Shown here in pieces: positions 8,713 through 18,019 of a stretch of 64,000 nucleotides of DNA. The stretch lies in contig JAAWOU010000005.1 of assembly GCA_022799755.1 (NCBI GenBank), forward strand, positions 6,878-70,877, written 5' to 3'. Below the pieces are notes generated by a model. The model did not search any database. It was not told the DNA's origin and saw only the letters and a list, made by a program, of their open reading frames with translations. The stretch comes from Lachnospiraceae bacterium (lineage in GTDB: Bacteria; Bacillota; Clostridia; Lachnospirales; Lachnospiraceae). Made by a program: the position numbers and the translations under genes. How positions within the stretch are numbered: the first letter of the stretch is position 1; every line of letters begins with the position of its first letter.

Positions 8713-11382
8713 TCAGCAAGTAGCCCCGCCCTTGACTTTCTTCTCCAGCACCGCGGACTTGTCGATCGCCCCATGGAGCAGCTTATCCTGTACATAGTCA
8801 AATCCCAGACGGTTCACCGTATCCGCGAAGCGCTCGCCGGTGATTCCCTCGTCCCGGAAGAACAGGATGGCCCTCTCTATGGTGTCCAGCACCTCTTCCT
8901 CTGTGGTGAACAGCTTATCCAGAGGACGGCCGTTGGCGATTTTCTTGCCCCATCTGCCGCCGATGTAGATCTTGCAGCCCTCCATGTACTCCTCCGTGAC
9001 GCCGAAAGGACATTTGGCTTTGCAGCGCCCGCAGCCGTTGCAGCTTTCGGTGTCTACTTTCAGACAGCCCTCCTCCACCTTGGCGATCTTGACAGGACAG
9101 GCGGTCTCTACCTGGCACTTCCCGCAGCCCTTGCACTTGGAGTAGTCGAACAGGGGCACCCTCTGGCCCACGATGCCTAAGTCGTTCAGGTCGGGCTTCA
9201 CACAGTTGTTGGGACAGCCGCCCACGGCGATCTTGAACTTGTGAGGCAGAGTCACACTGTGGTAGCCTTTGTAGAACCGCTCGTGAATCTTCTCGCTCAG
9301 GTCAAAGGTATCGATGAGACCGTACTGGCAGGTAGTGCCCTTGCAGGACACCACAGGGCGCACCAGAGAGCCGGTGCCGCCGGTCTCAAGGCCTCGCTCC
9401 GCCAGGAAAGCGATCAGCGGATCAATGTTGGCGTAGGGCACGCCCTGAATCTCCATGGTAAGGCGGGTAGTCATGGTGATCTCCCCGCTGCCGTAGCGCT
9501 CCGCTCCCTCCGCGACGGCACGATGCTCTTCCGTAGTGATCTTGCCGTTCTTGGTGATCACGCGGACATTGAACACATCGCCGTAGCGCTTGTCCTGGAG
9601 GCAGCCCAGTCCTTTCACCCGCTTGATCTCCTCGGGAGGGAGCTTGCCGCCTGCGGGAACGGTTCTTTTTATCACATTAAACGTAGCGCCGCCCTCCAGC
9701 ACACGGGTATTCGTAAATCCGAGAGCTTTCAGTTTATTCTGAGCCAAGTACCCTCTCTTGCCCCTGGCGCAGACCAGCAGCAGTTTCTCCCCTTTGTCAT
9801 ATTTCGCGGAGGATTCCTGCGGTTTTGTCAAATCGAACCACTCTCCGCCGGGCAATGTGGGGGCCGGATGGGCATCGATAAGGCGATACCCTGCCGCCTT
9901 GCCCGCCCCATACTCCGCAGGGGTAAAGGATTCCAGCCGTCCGGTCATCTTGTTCACCAGCACGCCGCAGGCCGCCGCAAAAGGATGGATGGCCGTGGAG
10001 AAAGGAGGCGCGTAGGCGAAGTCCAGGGCCAGGAAGTCTTCCACTTTACCGCCAAAGGAAATCCCTGTCACGGCGATGTCCGCCATCTTGTCCACCGCGC
10101 CAGCGCCGATGACCTGGAGCCCCAGCAGCCTATGGCTGTCCATGTCGGCGATCAGCTTGGTGACAAACAGATCGGAATCCGGATAGTAATGGGCCTTGTC
10201 GTCAGTGACGCACAGGGCGGACACCGGCCGGAAACCCGCCGCTTTCGCCTGCTCTTCAGTGAGACCTGTACGGGCCGCGTTCAGATCGTCGGACAACTTC
10301 ACCACGCCCGTGCCCATTGCGCCGGGATAGCCGAACGCATCTCCGCTCAGGGAAAGGGCCAGAGCCCGCCCCGCAATATTGGCTGTGGAGCCCATGGCAG
10401 ACCACTGGGGACGTCCGGTAATACGGTTCTTCACCAGAGCGCAGTCGCCCACCGCATAGATGTCCGGCAGATTGGTGCGCTGGTATTCATCGGTAATAAT
10501 GCAGCCCCTGTCCATCTCAAGCCCTGTGTCCGCCAGGAACTTCGTGGCGGGGCGGATGCCTGCGGCCAGGATGACCATCTCCGCAGGCAGAGTTCCTGCC
10601 CCGGTCTGGACGCCTGTGACCCTTTCCGCGCCCGCGATTTTCTGCAGAGCCGTCCCTGTGAGGATCCTCATGCCCTTAGCCTGGAGCTTACGCCGGATGT
10701 AATCCGCCATCTCCGCATCGAAAATATTTGGCATCAGCTGAGGGGCCATGTCCATCACGGTGACAGCCAAGCCTCTTGCCATCAAATTCTCAGCCACCTC
10801 CAGGCCGATGAACCCACCGCCTACCACTACGGCGCGTTTGCAGTTCTGCTCCTCCGCGTACTTTCTGCAGCCGATGGCGTCCTGGGGCGTGCGCACGGTG
10901 AACACGCCGGGAAGCTTTGTGCCCTCCACAGGGGGAACGGAGCTTTCTGCGCCTACGGCAATGACGAGTTTGTCATAGCTAACCGTCTCTGTCTCCTGCG
11001 GCATGGCGCCGCCGTCCTCTGCAGCGGTCCTCTGTCCCGGGCCGGCATTTCCCCCGGCTTCCGATGTCTGCGCTCCCGCGGTATCCCCGGCCCCTTGATT
11101 CCTCCGCACGGAAACCGTCTTCGCCGCCGGGTCTACGGCCACCGCTTCACTGGATGTATGTACCGTGGTGCCGGTGAGGCCCATGAATTTGGCCGGGGTG
11201 TTCACAATCAGCTCCCCCTCCGTCTCGATGGCTCCGCCTATGTAATAGGGAAGCCCGCACCCGGCGTAGGAGATGTCCTTTCCTTTGGTGTAGATGACGA
11301 TTTCGTCCCGGGGACTCTCCCGCTTCAGCTTTGCAGCTACCTTTGTTCCGGCGGCTACACCGCCAATGATGACAATCTTCAT
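8713..11382 (-). CDS. Multidomain FAD oxidoreductase: CoA-disulfide-reductase-like + rhodanese + nitrite/sulfite-reductase (siroheme/4Fe-4S) + 2x[4Fe-4S] ferredoxin
   Basis: GGVAAG, SYAGCGLPY, GGGFIGLE, YAPPFS; rhodanese LVCARGKRG; NIR/SIR motifs SCKGTTCQYG and FKIAVGGCPNNC; ferredoxin CKGCGKC..CP and CNGCGRC..CP. Confidence 0.88.
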   Translation of the reverse strand: MKIVIIGGVAAGTKVAAKLKRESPRDEIVIYTKGKDISYAGCGLPYYIGGAIETEGELIVNTPAKFMGLTGTTVHTSSEAVAVDPAAKTVSVRRNQGAGDTAGAQTSEAGGNAGPGQRTAAEDGGAMPQETETVSYDKLVIAVGAESSVPPVEGTKLPGVFTVRTPQDAIGCRKYAEEQNCKRAVVVGGGFIGLEVAENLMARGLAVTVMDMAPQLMPNIFDAEMADYIRRKLQAKGMRILTGTALQKIAGAERVTGVQTGAGTLPAEMVILAAGIRPATKFLADTGLEMDRGCIITDEYQRTNLPDIYAVGDCALVKNRITGRPQWSAMGSTANIAGRALALSLSGDAFGYPGAMGTGVVKLSDDLNAARTGLTEEQAKAAGFRPVSALCVTDDKAHYYPDSDLFVTKLIADMDSHRLLGLQVIGAGAVDKMADIAVTGISFGGKVEDFLALDFAYAPPFSTAIHPFAAACGVLVNKMTGRLESFTPAEYGAGKAAGYRLIDAHPAPTLPGGEWFDLTKPQESSAKYDKGEKLLLVCARGKRGYLAQNKLKALGFTNTRVLEGGATFNVIKRTVPAGGKLPPEEIKRVKGLGCLQDKRYGDVFNVRVITKNGKITTEEHRAVAEGAERYGSGEITMTTRLTMEIQGVPYANIDPLIAFLAERGLETGGTGSLVRPVVSCKGTTCQYGLIDTFDLSEKIHERFYKGYHSVTLPHKFKIAVGGCPNNCVKPDLNDLGIVGQRVPLFDYSKCKGCGKCQVETACPVKIAKVEEGCLKVDTESCNGCGRCKAKCPFGVTEEYMEGCKIYIGGRWGKKIANGRPLDKLFTTEEEVLDTIERAILFFRDEGITGERFADTVNRLGFDYVQDKLLHGAIDKSAVLEKKVKGGATC

Positions 11383-11454
11383 ATCCAGCCTCCTTATATA
11401 GTTTCGTCGCGTCCTGATCTGCCGTCATTTCTTCCGCAGACTATAAATGCACAA

Positions 11455-12033
11455 TCATTTCATCACCCAATATCCGTCGTAAGCATATCCGCCCTTGCCA
11501 ATCAAATAATGTTCGGACTTTGTAAATCCTGCTCTCTGGATCGCTTTGATTCTTTCAACCGCATATATGGGAGCTTTCGTAATGATTCCATGACAGCCCA
11601 GCAATTCCGGAATATGGGGCGTTATAAGCGCCATGATCTCATACAGGCTGTCTTCTTTTTCATAATCGCTTCGCACATCCACCCTTAAGATTCCCGTATT
11701 GTTGAACTCGTCTTCCGAAACCCTCAGGCACAGTTCAACTGTCCCTATCACGCACGACGCCGATTTATCCACAATGGAAAGTCTGGCAAACCAGCCGTTT
11801 TCATAGGATAGCTTCCAAAAGCGATATGCCTCCTCCATTCTCTCTCTTGTGGCGTAATAGAAATTATCCCCGTCGCAATTATCGCTGTTAAAAAAGGGCA
11901 GCGCATTCTTATCGCTATATACCTTTAACAGATCGTCACAGTCTTCCTTTTCAGCCAATCTCAGCAAAAATTTACCGCTCTCCCATACACGACATTCTTC
12001 ATATATACGCATAAGCTTATTCCTCCGTTTCAA
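11455..12033 (-). CDS. GNAT family N-acetyltransferase (RimJ/RimL-like)
   Basis: FLLRL..DCDDLLKVYSD, VIGTVEL and AIQRAGF are consistent with an Acetyltransf_3 fold. Confidence 0.7.
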   Translation of the reverse strand: MKRRNKLMRIYEECRVWESGKFLLRLAEKEDCDDLLKVYSDKNALPFFNSDNCDGDNFYYATRERMEEAYRFWKLSYENGWFARLSIVDKSASCVIGTVELCLRVSEDEFNNTGILRVDVRSDYEKEDSLYEIMALITPHIPELLGCHGIITKAPIYAVERIKAIQRAGFTKSEHYLIGKGGYAYDGYWVMK

Positions 12034-12247
12034 TCACATGGCCTGCCGGCTCTCTGCGCCCCGCATTCCGTCATACCGCCGCAATCAGCCCAGGCCGCCG
12101 CGTCCCGCAAAAAGGGCTATGCCTTATCTCTGCAGAAAGGGGCTGTCCGGAATATCATTTCCCGACAACCCCTCCCGGCTATATCCCTGTCCTGTTTTCG
12201 CTTGTTCGTCAAATCTCTCCGGATAAGTCTTTCAGGCTCTCACCCGG

Positions 12248-14014
12248 CTACATCTTCTCCGGGGCTGCAAATCCCAGCAGATCGATACAGGTCTCCAGCA
12301 CGTCCCTGGTCAACGCCAGCAATGCGATCAGGCTCTCCCGCCTTGCACTGTCTTCCTCGGCCAAAATCTTGGTCTCATGATAAAAATGGTTGAACGCATT
12401 GGCTAAATCATAGATATAGGCGCACACCTTATGAGGCGCAATCTCTTCCGCCGCGCTCTGAATCATGGCGCCGAACTGTATCAGAGCCATCTCCAGCTCT
12501 TTCTCCGAGGCGCCTGCGGCCTCCAGGAAAGCCAGACCCTCACTCTGTCCGCCCTGCTCCCTGTACTTATTTAAGATGGATTTAATGCGCACAATCGTAT
12601 ACAGGATGTAGGGCCCAGTATCTCCCTCAAAGGAAGTAAACCTGTCAATATCAAACACATAGTCCTTGGCGGCCTGATTGGAGAGATCTCCATATTTCAG
12701 AGCGGAGAGAGCTACCGTCTCCGCCACGGCTTCGGCCTCCTCTCTCGGCATCTCACGGCCCTCTCTGATCTTCCGGTACATTTCCTCTCTGGTCTCCCGC
12801 ACCAGATCGTCCAGCCGCATGACGCCCCCGTCCCTTGTCTTGAAAGGCTTGCCGTCGCTGCCGTTCATGGTGCCGTGCCCCAGAAATCTCAGCTCTGTCT
12901 CCGGCTTCACCAGCCCTGTTTTGCGGGCGCAGCGAAATACCTGTTCAAAGTACAGATCCTGACGCTTGTCCGTGATATAGATGATCTCGTCCGGAGCGTA
13001 CAGGCGCATACGCTCCATGATCGTAGCCAGGTCCGTGGTATTGTACAATGACGCGCCGTCGGACTTTAAAATCATGCAGGGGGGCACTTCCTTGGTATCG
13101 GTGTCCTCTTTCACGTCTACTACAAGAGCTCCGTCGCTGATATAAGCCCAGCCTCCCTCTTTCATGTAAGCCACCATCTCAGGGATCAGGTCGTTCACAT
13201 CGCTCTCGCCTTTCCACAGATCGAACTCCACATTGAGGCTGTCGTAATTTCTCTTCAGATCCACCTTTGACACATCCACAATATGCTTCCACAAAGCCCG
13301 GTATCCCCGGACTCCTTTCTGGAACTTGCGGGTGGCCTCCAGAGCCCTGGCCCTGTACTCCGGATCTTCCTTGGCTTTCCCGCTGGCAAGAGGATAAATT
13401 TCCGCAAATTCAGCCTCTGTAAGGGGCGCTTCCTCCGGATACTCCCCCTGGTAATTTTCATCAAAATACACCAGTTCCGGCTTTCGCTCCTGGAGCTCCG
13501 TGATCACCATGCCGATAGGCGTGCCCCAGTCGCCCAGATGCACGTCACCGATCACTTCATGTCCCGCATAGCGGCTGATGCGCTTGATGCTCTCGCCGAT
13601 AATGGCAGGGCGCAGATGCCCCACATGGAGAGGCTTAGCCACATTGGCCCCGCCGTAGTCAATCATAATCTTCTTTCGGCTGCCCGGCATCTCCAGACCG
13701 AATTTCGGCTCCGTCCTCATGGCCTCCACTTGTCTCAGCAGAAAGCCCTCCGAGAGCTTCAGGTTCAGAAAGCCCGGCGCCACTGCCGCCGCCTCTCTAA
13801 AGACGTCGCTGTCTGTCAGCTTGGCCGCCACGTCATTTGCAATCATAATGGGAGCCTTTTTGTACTTTTTTGCCCCGGCCATAGCGCCGTTGCACTGATA
13901 TTCGCACAGGTCCGGGCGATTGGACAGGGTCACCCTGCCCAGAGAGGCTTCATAACCTGCCGCCTGAAAAGCCTTTCCCATTTCTTCCGACAATAAGTCC
14001 AGTATCTTTTTCAC
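12248..14014 (-). CDS. argS: Arginine--tRNA ligase
   Basis: NVAKPLHVGHLR (HIGH motif), HLGDWG, FKTRDG, GDTGPYILY; GTG start. Confidence 0.97.
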   Translation of the reverse strand: MKKILDLLSEEMGKAFQAAGYEASLGRVTLSNRPDLCEYQCNGAMAGAKKYKKAPIMIANDVAAKLTDSDVFREAAAVAPGFLNLKLSEGFLLRQVEAMRTEPKFGLEMPGSRKKIMIDYGGANVAKPLHVGHLRPAIIGESIKRISRYAGHEVIGDVHLGDWGTPIGMVITELQERKPELVYFDENYQGEYPEEAPLTEAEFAEIYPLASGKAKEDPEYRARALEATRKFQKGVRGYRALWKHIVDVSKVDLKRNYDSLNVEFDLWKGESDVNDLIPEMVAYMKEGGWAYISDGALVVDVKEDTDTKEVPPCMILKSDGASLYNTTDLATIMERMRLYAPDEIIYITDKRQDLYFEQVFRCARKTGLVKPETELRFLGHGTMNGSDGKPFKTRDGGVMRLDDLVRETREEMYRKIREGREMPREEAEAVAETVALSALKYGDLSNQAAKDYVFDIDRFTSFEGDTGPYILYTIVRIKSILNKYREQGGQSEGLAFLEAAGASEKELEMALIQFGAMIQSAAEEIAPHKVCAYIYDLANAFNHFYHETKILAEEDSARRESLIALLALTRDVLETCIDLLGFAAPEKM

Positions 14015-14268
14015 TTTTATACCCCCTTGCGCTTCGGCGCGTGTATCAGTCCATACTCCGGCCTCTTATACCTTGTATAAGATCATTTTGCCGCCATTAT
14101 ACAGGTTTCAGCATATAAGGAAGTAAACAGCAGCATTTCCCCTGCTTGGCGCGCATTATTGCAGGGATCCGCATACAGTCCCTGCACTGCAATATTATAG
14201 CTTAATTCAGAAATTCCTGCAAGCCATTCTTTTCCTCTCAAAACTCTCAAACCCTCTGCCAACGCCTC

Positions 14269-14312
14269 GCTACTTTTCACGGATGCCTCCGCCAGGTGTT
14301 TTCGTGTACATT
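14269..14312 (-). repeat. Dispersed repeat copy (same family as 25799-25908 and 35349-35481)
   Basis: Reverse complement AATGTACACGAAAACACCTGGCGGAGGCATCCGTGAAAAGTAGC aligns with AATGCAAACGAAAACAGCTGGCGGAACTCCCCGTAAAAGTAGC at 35438-35480. Confidence 0.7.
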
Positions 14313-14423
14313 CGCGGGAGCGATCCCAGGCAGTCGCTTGGCTTTTGACCACACAGGCGCCAAAATGAGCCGAATTCCGCCACCCCTCCCGTCAAATGCC
14401 GCCCCGCCCCTCTTTGCACCGCT

Positions 14424-15284
14424 TCAGGAATCTTTCGCCTCCGGCGCAGTTAGATTGCCGACCTGTCTTCTATAGAGGGTAGGCGAAATTCCGCATTCTT
14501 TTTTGAAGAATCCGGAAAAATGATGGTAGTCCGCAAAACCCAGTCTCTCCGAGATTTCCTGAATGGACATAGCCGTACGCTCCAGCAGGGACTGGGAAAG
14601 GGCAAGCCGCAGCTCCATATAATAGCGATACGGCGTCGTACCATAGGTCTCTCTGAACAGATGGATGGCCCTGGAACGGGACAGCGGGATACATCCCGCA
14701 ATGTCGTCAATGGTGAGGGAACGCGCAGCATTCTGTTCGATGAAATTCTTCATGGTCAGCGCCCTGGACTGGCCGGACGCCTCGCTTCCCAGGAAAGTGA
14801 ATAGCGCCTGAACATACTGATGCAAAAGAAGCGCCAGCGAGCTGGCGCAGTGAACAGGATCCCTTTCTATGGCATGCAGGATAGCATAGAGATAACTGCT
14901 GTCGGAAAAAGCCGGAATCTTCAGCACATTATCAAGCTGATAGTCTGAGAGCAAATGTCCCACCAGGCTCCCTCCCACATTGAACCAGATCTTCGTCCAG
15001 GGTTCTTTCCGGTCCGCGTAATAATGATGGCATCTGCCGGGCTGCAGGATATAGGCATCCCCTGCGGTGACAGTGACTTTCTCCCTGTCCTGGCGGACGT
15101 GGCCCACACCGGAGAGAACATATTCAAACACATAGAAGTCTCCCTGGGTGCGATAGATTTCATATAGGGGATCCGGGTAGGTAATGCCGGCCAGACCCGG
15201 TGCAAAGGAAGCATAGCTCTGTCCCGTGTAGACAGCGTATTTCTCCCCTTTATCCGTATGTCCCACAGACTGTATGCCAGGCAT
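14424..15284 (-). CDS. AraC family transcriptional regulator
   Basis: N-terminal cupin (FEYVLSGVG) and C-terminal HTH (SIQEISERLGFADYHHFSGFFKK..GISP). RBS GGAGG precedes MPGIQ. Confidence 0.92.
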   Translation of the reverse strand: MPGIQSVGHTDKGEKYAVYTGQSYASFAPGLAGITYPDPLYEIYRTQGDFYVFEYVLSGVGHVRQDREKVTVTAGDAYILQPGRCHHYYADRKEPWTKIWFNVGGSLVGHLLSDYQLDNVLKIPAFSDSSYLYAILHAIERDPVHCASSLALLLHQYVQALFTFLGSEASGQSRALTMKNFIEQNAARSLTIDDIAGCIPLSRSRAIHLFRETYGTTPYRYYMELRLALSQSLLERTAMSIQEISERLGFADYHHFSGFFKKECGISPTLYRRQVGNLTAPEAKDS

Positions 15285-15315
15285 AATGGTACCTCCCCGT
15301 TTTTCCTTTTTGTTC

Positions 15316-15438
15316 CTCATGATGGATGGCTATCCGGCCCTTCCCTGTCACGATAAGGTCATTATATCATGAGCACAGACCGCTCATGATGGATGGCCAT
15401 CCGGCCTTTTCATGCCGTGAATAAGGTCATTATATCAT
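15316..15438. repeat. Imperfect ~55-bp direct repeat in the araC/GH2 divergent region
   Basis: CTCATGATGGATGGCYATCCGGCC...ATAAGGTCATTATATCAT at 15316-15370 and 15383-15438. Confidence 0.85.
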
Positions 15439-15630
15439 AGGGCAAATTATTTTGCTATGAAAAGTAGCACTATTTTATACATAGATGCGCTTAATTTCTA
15501 TAGGCATCGCGGCGGGACGGGTTTATACTGAACGGGAGATATTGATAGAACAGAGACAGGCGCAGAGAGATCAGTGCCAAAAAATGACAGGATACAGGAT
15601 GTGAGAGGCATCCGGGAAGGCAGGTTTTCA

Positions 15631-17361
15631 ATGGAAAAAAATCATGTTACGAAAGCACCGAGACAGGAGCATCCGAAGCCGCAGATGCAGAGAGAAAACT
15701 GGCAGAATCTGAACGGAGAGTGGGATTTTGCGTTTGACTTCGGCTGCAGCGGTGTGGATCAGAAGTTTTATGAGAGAGAGGGGTTCGATCAAAAGATTCA
15801 GGTTCCGTTCTGTCCGGAGAGCGACTTAAGCGGCATCGGCTACAAAGATTTCATTCCGGCAGTGTGGTATCAGAAAAAGGTGACTCTCACCTCAGAGCAG
15901 TTAAAGGGCACGGTACGTCTGCACTTTGGGGCGGTGGATTACGAGTGCCATGTCTGGGTAAACGGGCAGAAAGCCGGGACGCACACCGGCGGCTATGTGT
16001 CTTTCTGTTTTGACATCACCAAGTATGCAAAAGAGGGTGAAAACATTCTCACTGTCTTTGCCAAAGACGATACCCGAAGCGGCAGGCAGTGCAGGGGAAA
16101 GCAGAGCGATCACTTCTATTCATACGGCTGCTCTTACACCAGAACTACCGGAATCTGGCAGACTGTATGGCTGGAATTTGTGCCGAAAGCTTATATCGAA
16201 AAGGTATATTATTACCCGAATATCGCCGAGAGCTCCGTAACGATCCGTGCGGTTACCATCGGGGAGGGTATCCTTTCCGCGCAGGCTTACTATGAGGGGA
16301 ATGCATGCGGACAGGCTCAGGCCAAAGCAACTGCCGGAAATGTAACCCTGTGTCTGCCTCTGTCCGAGCTGCATCTCTGGGAAGCCGGTGCGGGAAGGTT
16401 GTATGATCTGAAGCTTTCTTTCGGGGAAGACCGGTTGAACAGCTACTTCGGCATGAGAGAGCTCTGTCTTGACGGGGAGCGCTTCCTGATCAACGGCAAA
16501 TCTGTCTTCCAGCGCCTGGTGCTGGATCAGGGTTTCTATCCTGACGGCATCTACACCGCGCCCTCGGACGAGGCGCTTCAGCAGGATATCAGGCTTTCCC
16601 TGGAAGCCGGCTTTAACGGCGCAAGGCTCCATCAGAAGATTTTCGAGGAAAGGTTCCTCTACCATTGTGACAGGATGGGCTATCTGGTGTGGGGCGAGCA
16701 GGCCAACTGGGGCCTGGATTACAGCCGGCCGGACGGTCTCAAGTGTTTCCTGCCCGAGTGGATGGAGGCTCTGGACCGGGATTTCAATCATCCCGCCATT
16801 GTAGGGTGGTGTCCTTTTAACGAGACCTGGGATTATGACGGCCGCAGACAGGACAATGACCTGCTCGCAAACGTGTATCGAATGACAAAGCTTTTCGACA
16901 CCACCAGACCCTGTATTGACACCAGCGGAAATTACCATGTGTTGACGGACATATACGATATGCATGATTACGAGCAAAACCCTGTTTCCTTTGCCTCCAC
17001 CTATCAGGGCTTCGCAGAAGGCGGACCTTTGGTGGACCGCATGGCTGACAGGCAGACTCCAGTGCCCGGGATTCCGGTATTCATCAGCGAATATGGCGGA
17101 ATCAAATGGGACGTGGAGGGAACCCTGGACAACAGCTGGGGTTACGGTGACGGCCCGAAGACAGAGGAGGAATATATCGCAAGATACAAAGGCCTCACAG
17201 ACGTACTGTTGGACAATCCCCGGATGTTCGGCTTCTGCTACACGCAGCTCTACGATGTGGAACAGGAGGTCAACGGACTCTACACGTATAACAGGAAGCC
17301 TAAGATGGATATTTCGGTCTTCCGCCAGATCAACACCAGAAAAGCGGCTATCGAAGCGTAA
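15631..17361 (+). CDS. Glycoside hydrolase family 2
   Basis: LHFGAVDY, GIWQTVWLE, NHPAIVGWCPFNE (acid/base) and ISEYGG (nucleophile). The ATG at 15631 is the more plausible start. Confidence 0.92.
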   Translation: MEKNHVTKAPRQEHPKPQMQRENWQNLNGEWDFAFDFGCSGVDQKFYEREGFDQKIQVPFCPESDLSGIGYKDFIPAVWYQKKVTLTSEQLKGTVRLHFGAVDYECHVWVNGQKAGTHTGGYVSFCFDITKYAKEGENILTVFAKDDTRSGRQCRGKQSDHFYSYGCSYTRTTGIWQTVWLEFVPKAYIEKVYYYPNIAESSVTIRAVTIGEGILSAQAYYEGNACGQAQAKATAGNVTLCLPLSELHLWEAGAGRLYDLKLSFGEDRLNSYFGMRELCLDGERFLINGKSVFQRLVLDQGFYPDGIYTAPSDEALQQDIRLSLEAGFNGARLHQKIFEERFLYHCDRMGYLVWGEQANWGLDYSRPDGLKCFLPEWMEALDRDFNHPAIVGWCPFNETWDYDGRRQDNDLLANVYRMTKLFDTTRPCIDTSGNYHVLTDIYDMHDYEQNPVSFASTYQGFAEGGPLVDRMADRQTPVPGIPVFISEYGGIKWDVEGTLDNSWGYGDGPKTEEEYIARYKGLTDVLLDNPRMFGFCYTQLYDVEQEVNGLYTYNRKPKMDISVFRQINTRKAAIEA

Positions 17362-17404
17362 AAATACGTCTTCTTATGATGACATTTTGCACCTAATCTG
17401 ATAC

Positions 17405-17450
17405 AATATCCTTATCCGGGGCAGGAAACGGCCGGATAAGGATATTTTTT
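17405..17450 (+). terminator. Rho-independent terminator after GH2
   Basis: AATATCCTTATCCGG...CCGGATAAGGATATT stem running into a T-tract. Confidence 0.7.
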
Positions 17451-17469
17451 GAAAAGGAGGTAGCGCACC

Positions 17470-17907
17470 ATGACGAACAATGAATTGCTGTTAGCCATAT
17501 CTGACCTGCTGGATGTAAAGCTGAAAGCAGAGCTTCAGCCGCTGAGAAACGAAATGCATGATGAAATTCAGACTCTGAGAGATGAAATGCATATGGAAAT
17601 TCAATCTCTGAGGAATGAATTCCATACGGAAATTCAGGCTGTAAAAAAAGAACTGCATCTCGAAATCCAGGCCGTGCGGGACGACCTACACGCCGAGATC
17701 CAAAGTTTGGATGCCCGTGTCCGTCTGCTCCAGTTAAATCAGGAGAATGTGATCATGCCCAGGCTGAACAATATCGAAGCCTGCTATACGGATACGTTCA
17801 AACGCTACAGAGATTACGCGGACAAAATAGAATCCACTTACGAAGATGTAGATCTGCTCAAAAAAGTCGTAATGGAACATTCCGAAAAGTTTCAGAAACT
17901 GGCCTAG
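17470..17907 (+). CDS. Hypothetical coiled-coil protein with 11-residue repeats
   Basis: RBS AGGAGG. Repeats ELQPLRNEMHD/EIQTLRDEMHM/EIQSLRNEFHT/EIQAVKKELHL/EIQAVRDDLHA. Confidence 0.8.
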   Translation: MTNNELLLAISDLLDVKLKAELQPLRNEMHDEIQTLRDEMHMEIQSLRNEFHTEIQAVKKELHLEIQAVRDDLHAEIQSLDARVRLLQLNQENVIMPRLNNIEACYTDTFKRYRDYADKIESTYEDVDLLKKVVMEHSEKFQKLA

Positions 17908-18019
17908 CGTCTGCAGGCAGAATGTATCCGTCGCTCCATCCGATTGCCGTATGATGATTCCGACACATTTCCCGGCAAATCCCTATCTTACATAAGAACC
18001 CACAGTGGCCTGTGCGCCG

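Noticed and set aside
9241-11688. 815-aa plus-strand ORF (likewise 19984-21495, 21456-23018, 36542-38590 and 6975-8054)
   Set aside because: These are antisense shadows of well-supported GC-rich minus-strand genes and have no recognisable motifs.
14015-14420. Possible T-box leader for argS and an 89-aa ORF at 14083-14352
   Set aside because: I found no T-box motif. The ORF runs through the dispersed repeat and the likely promoter, so it is probably spurious.
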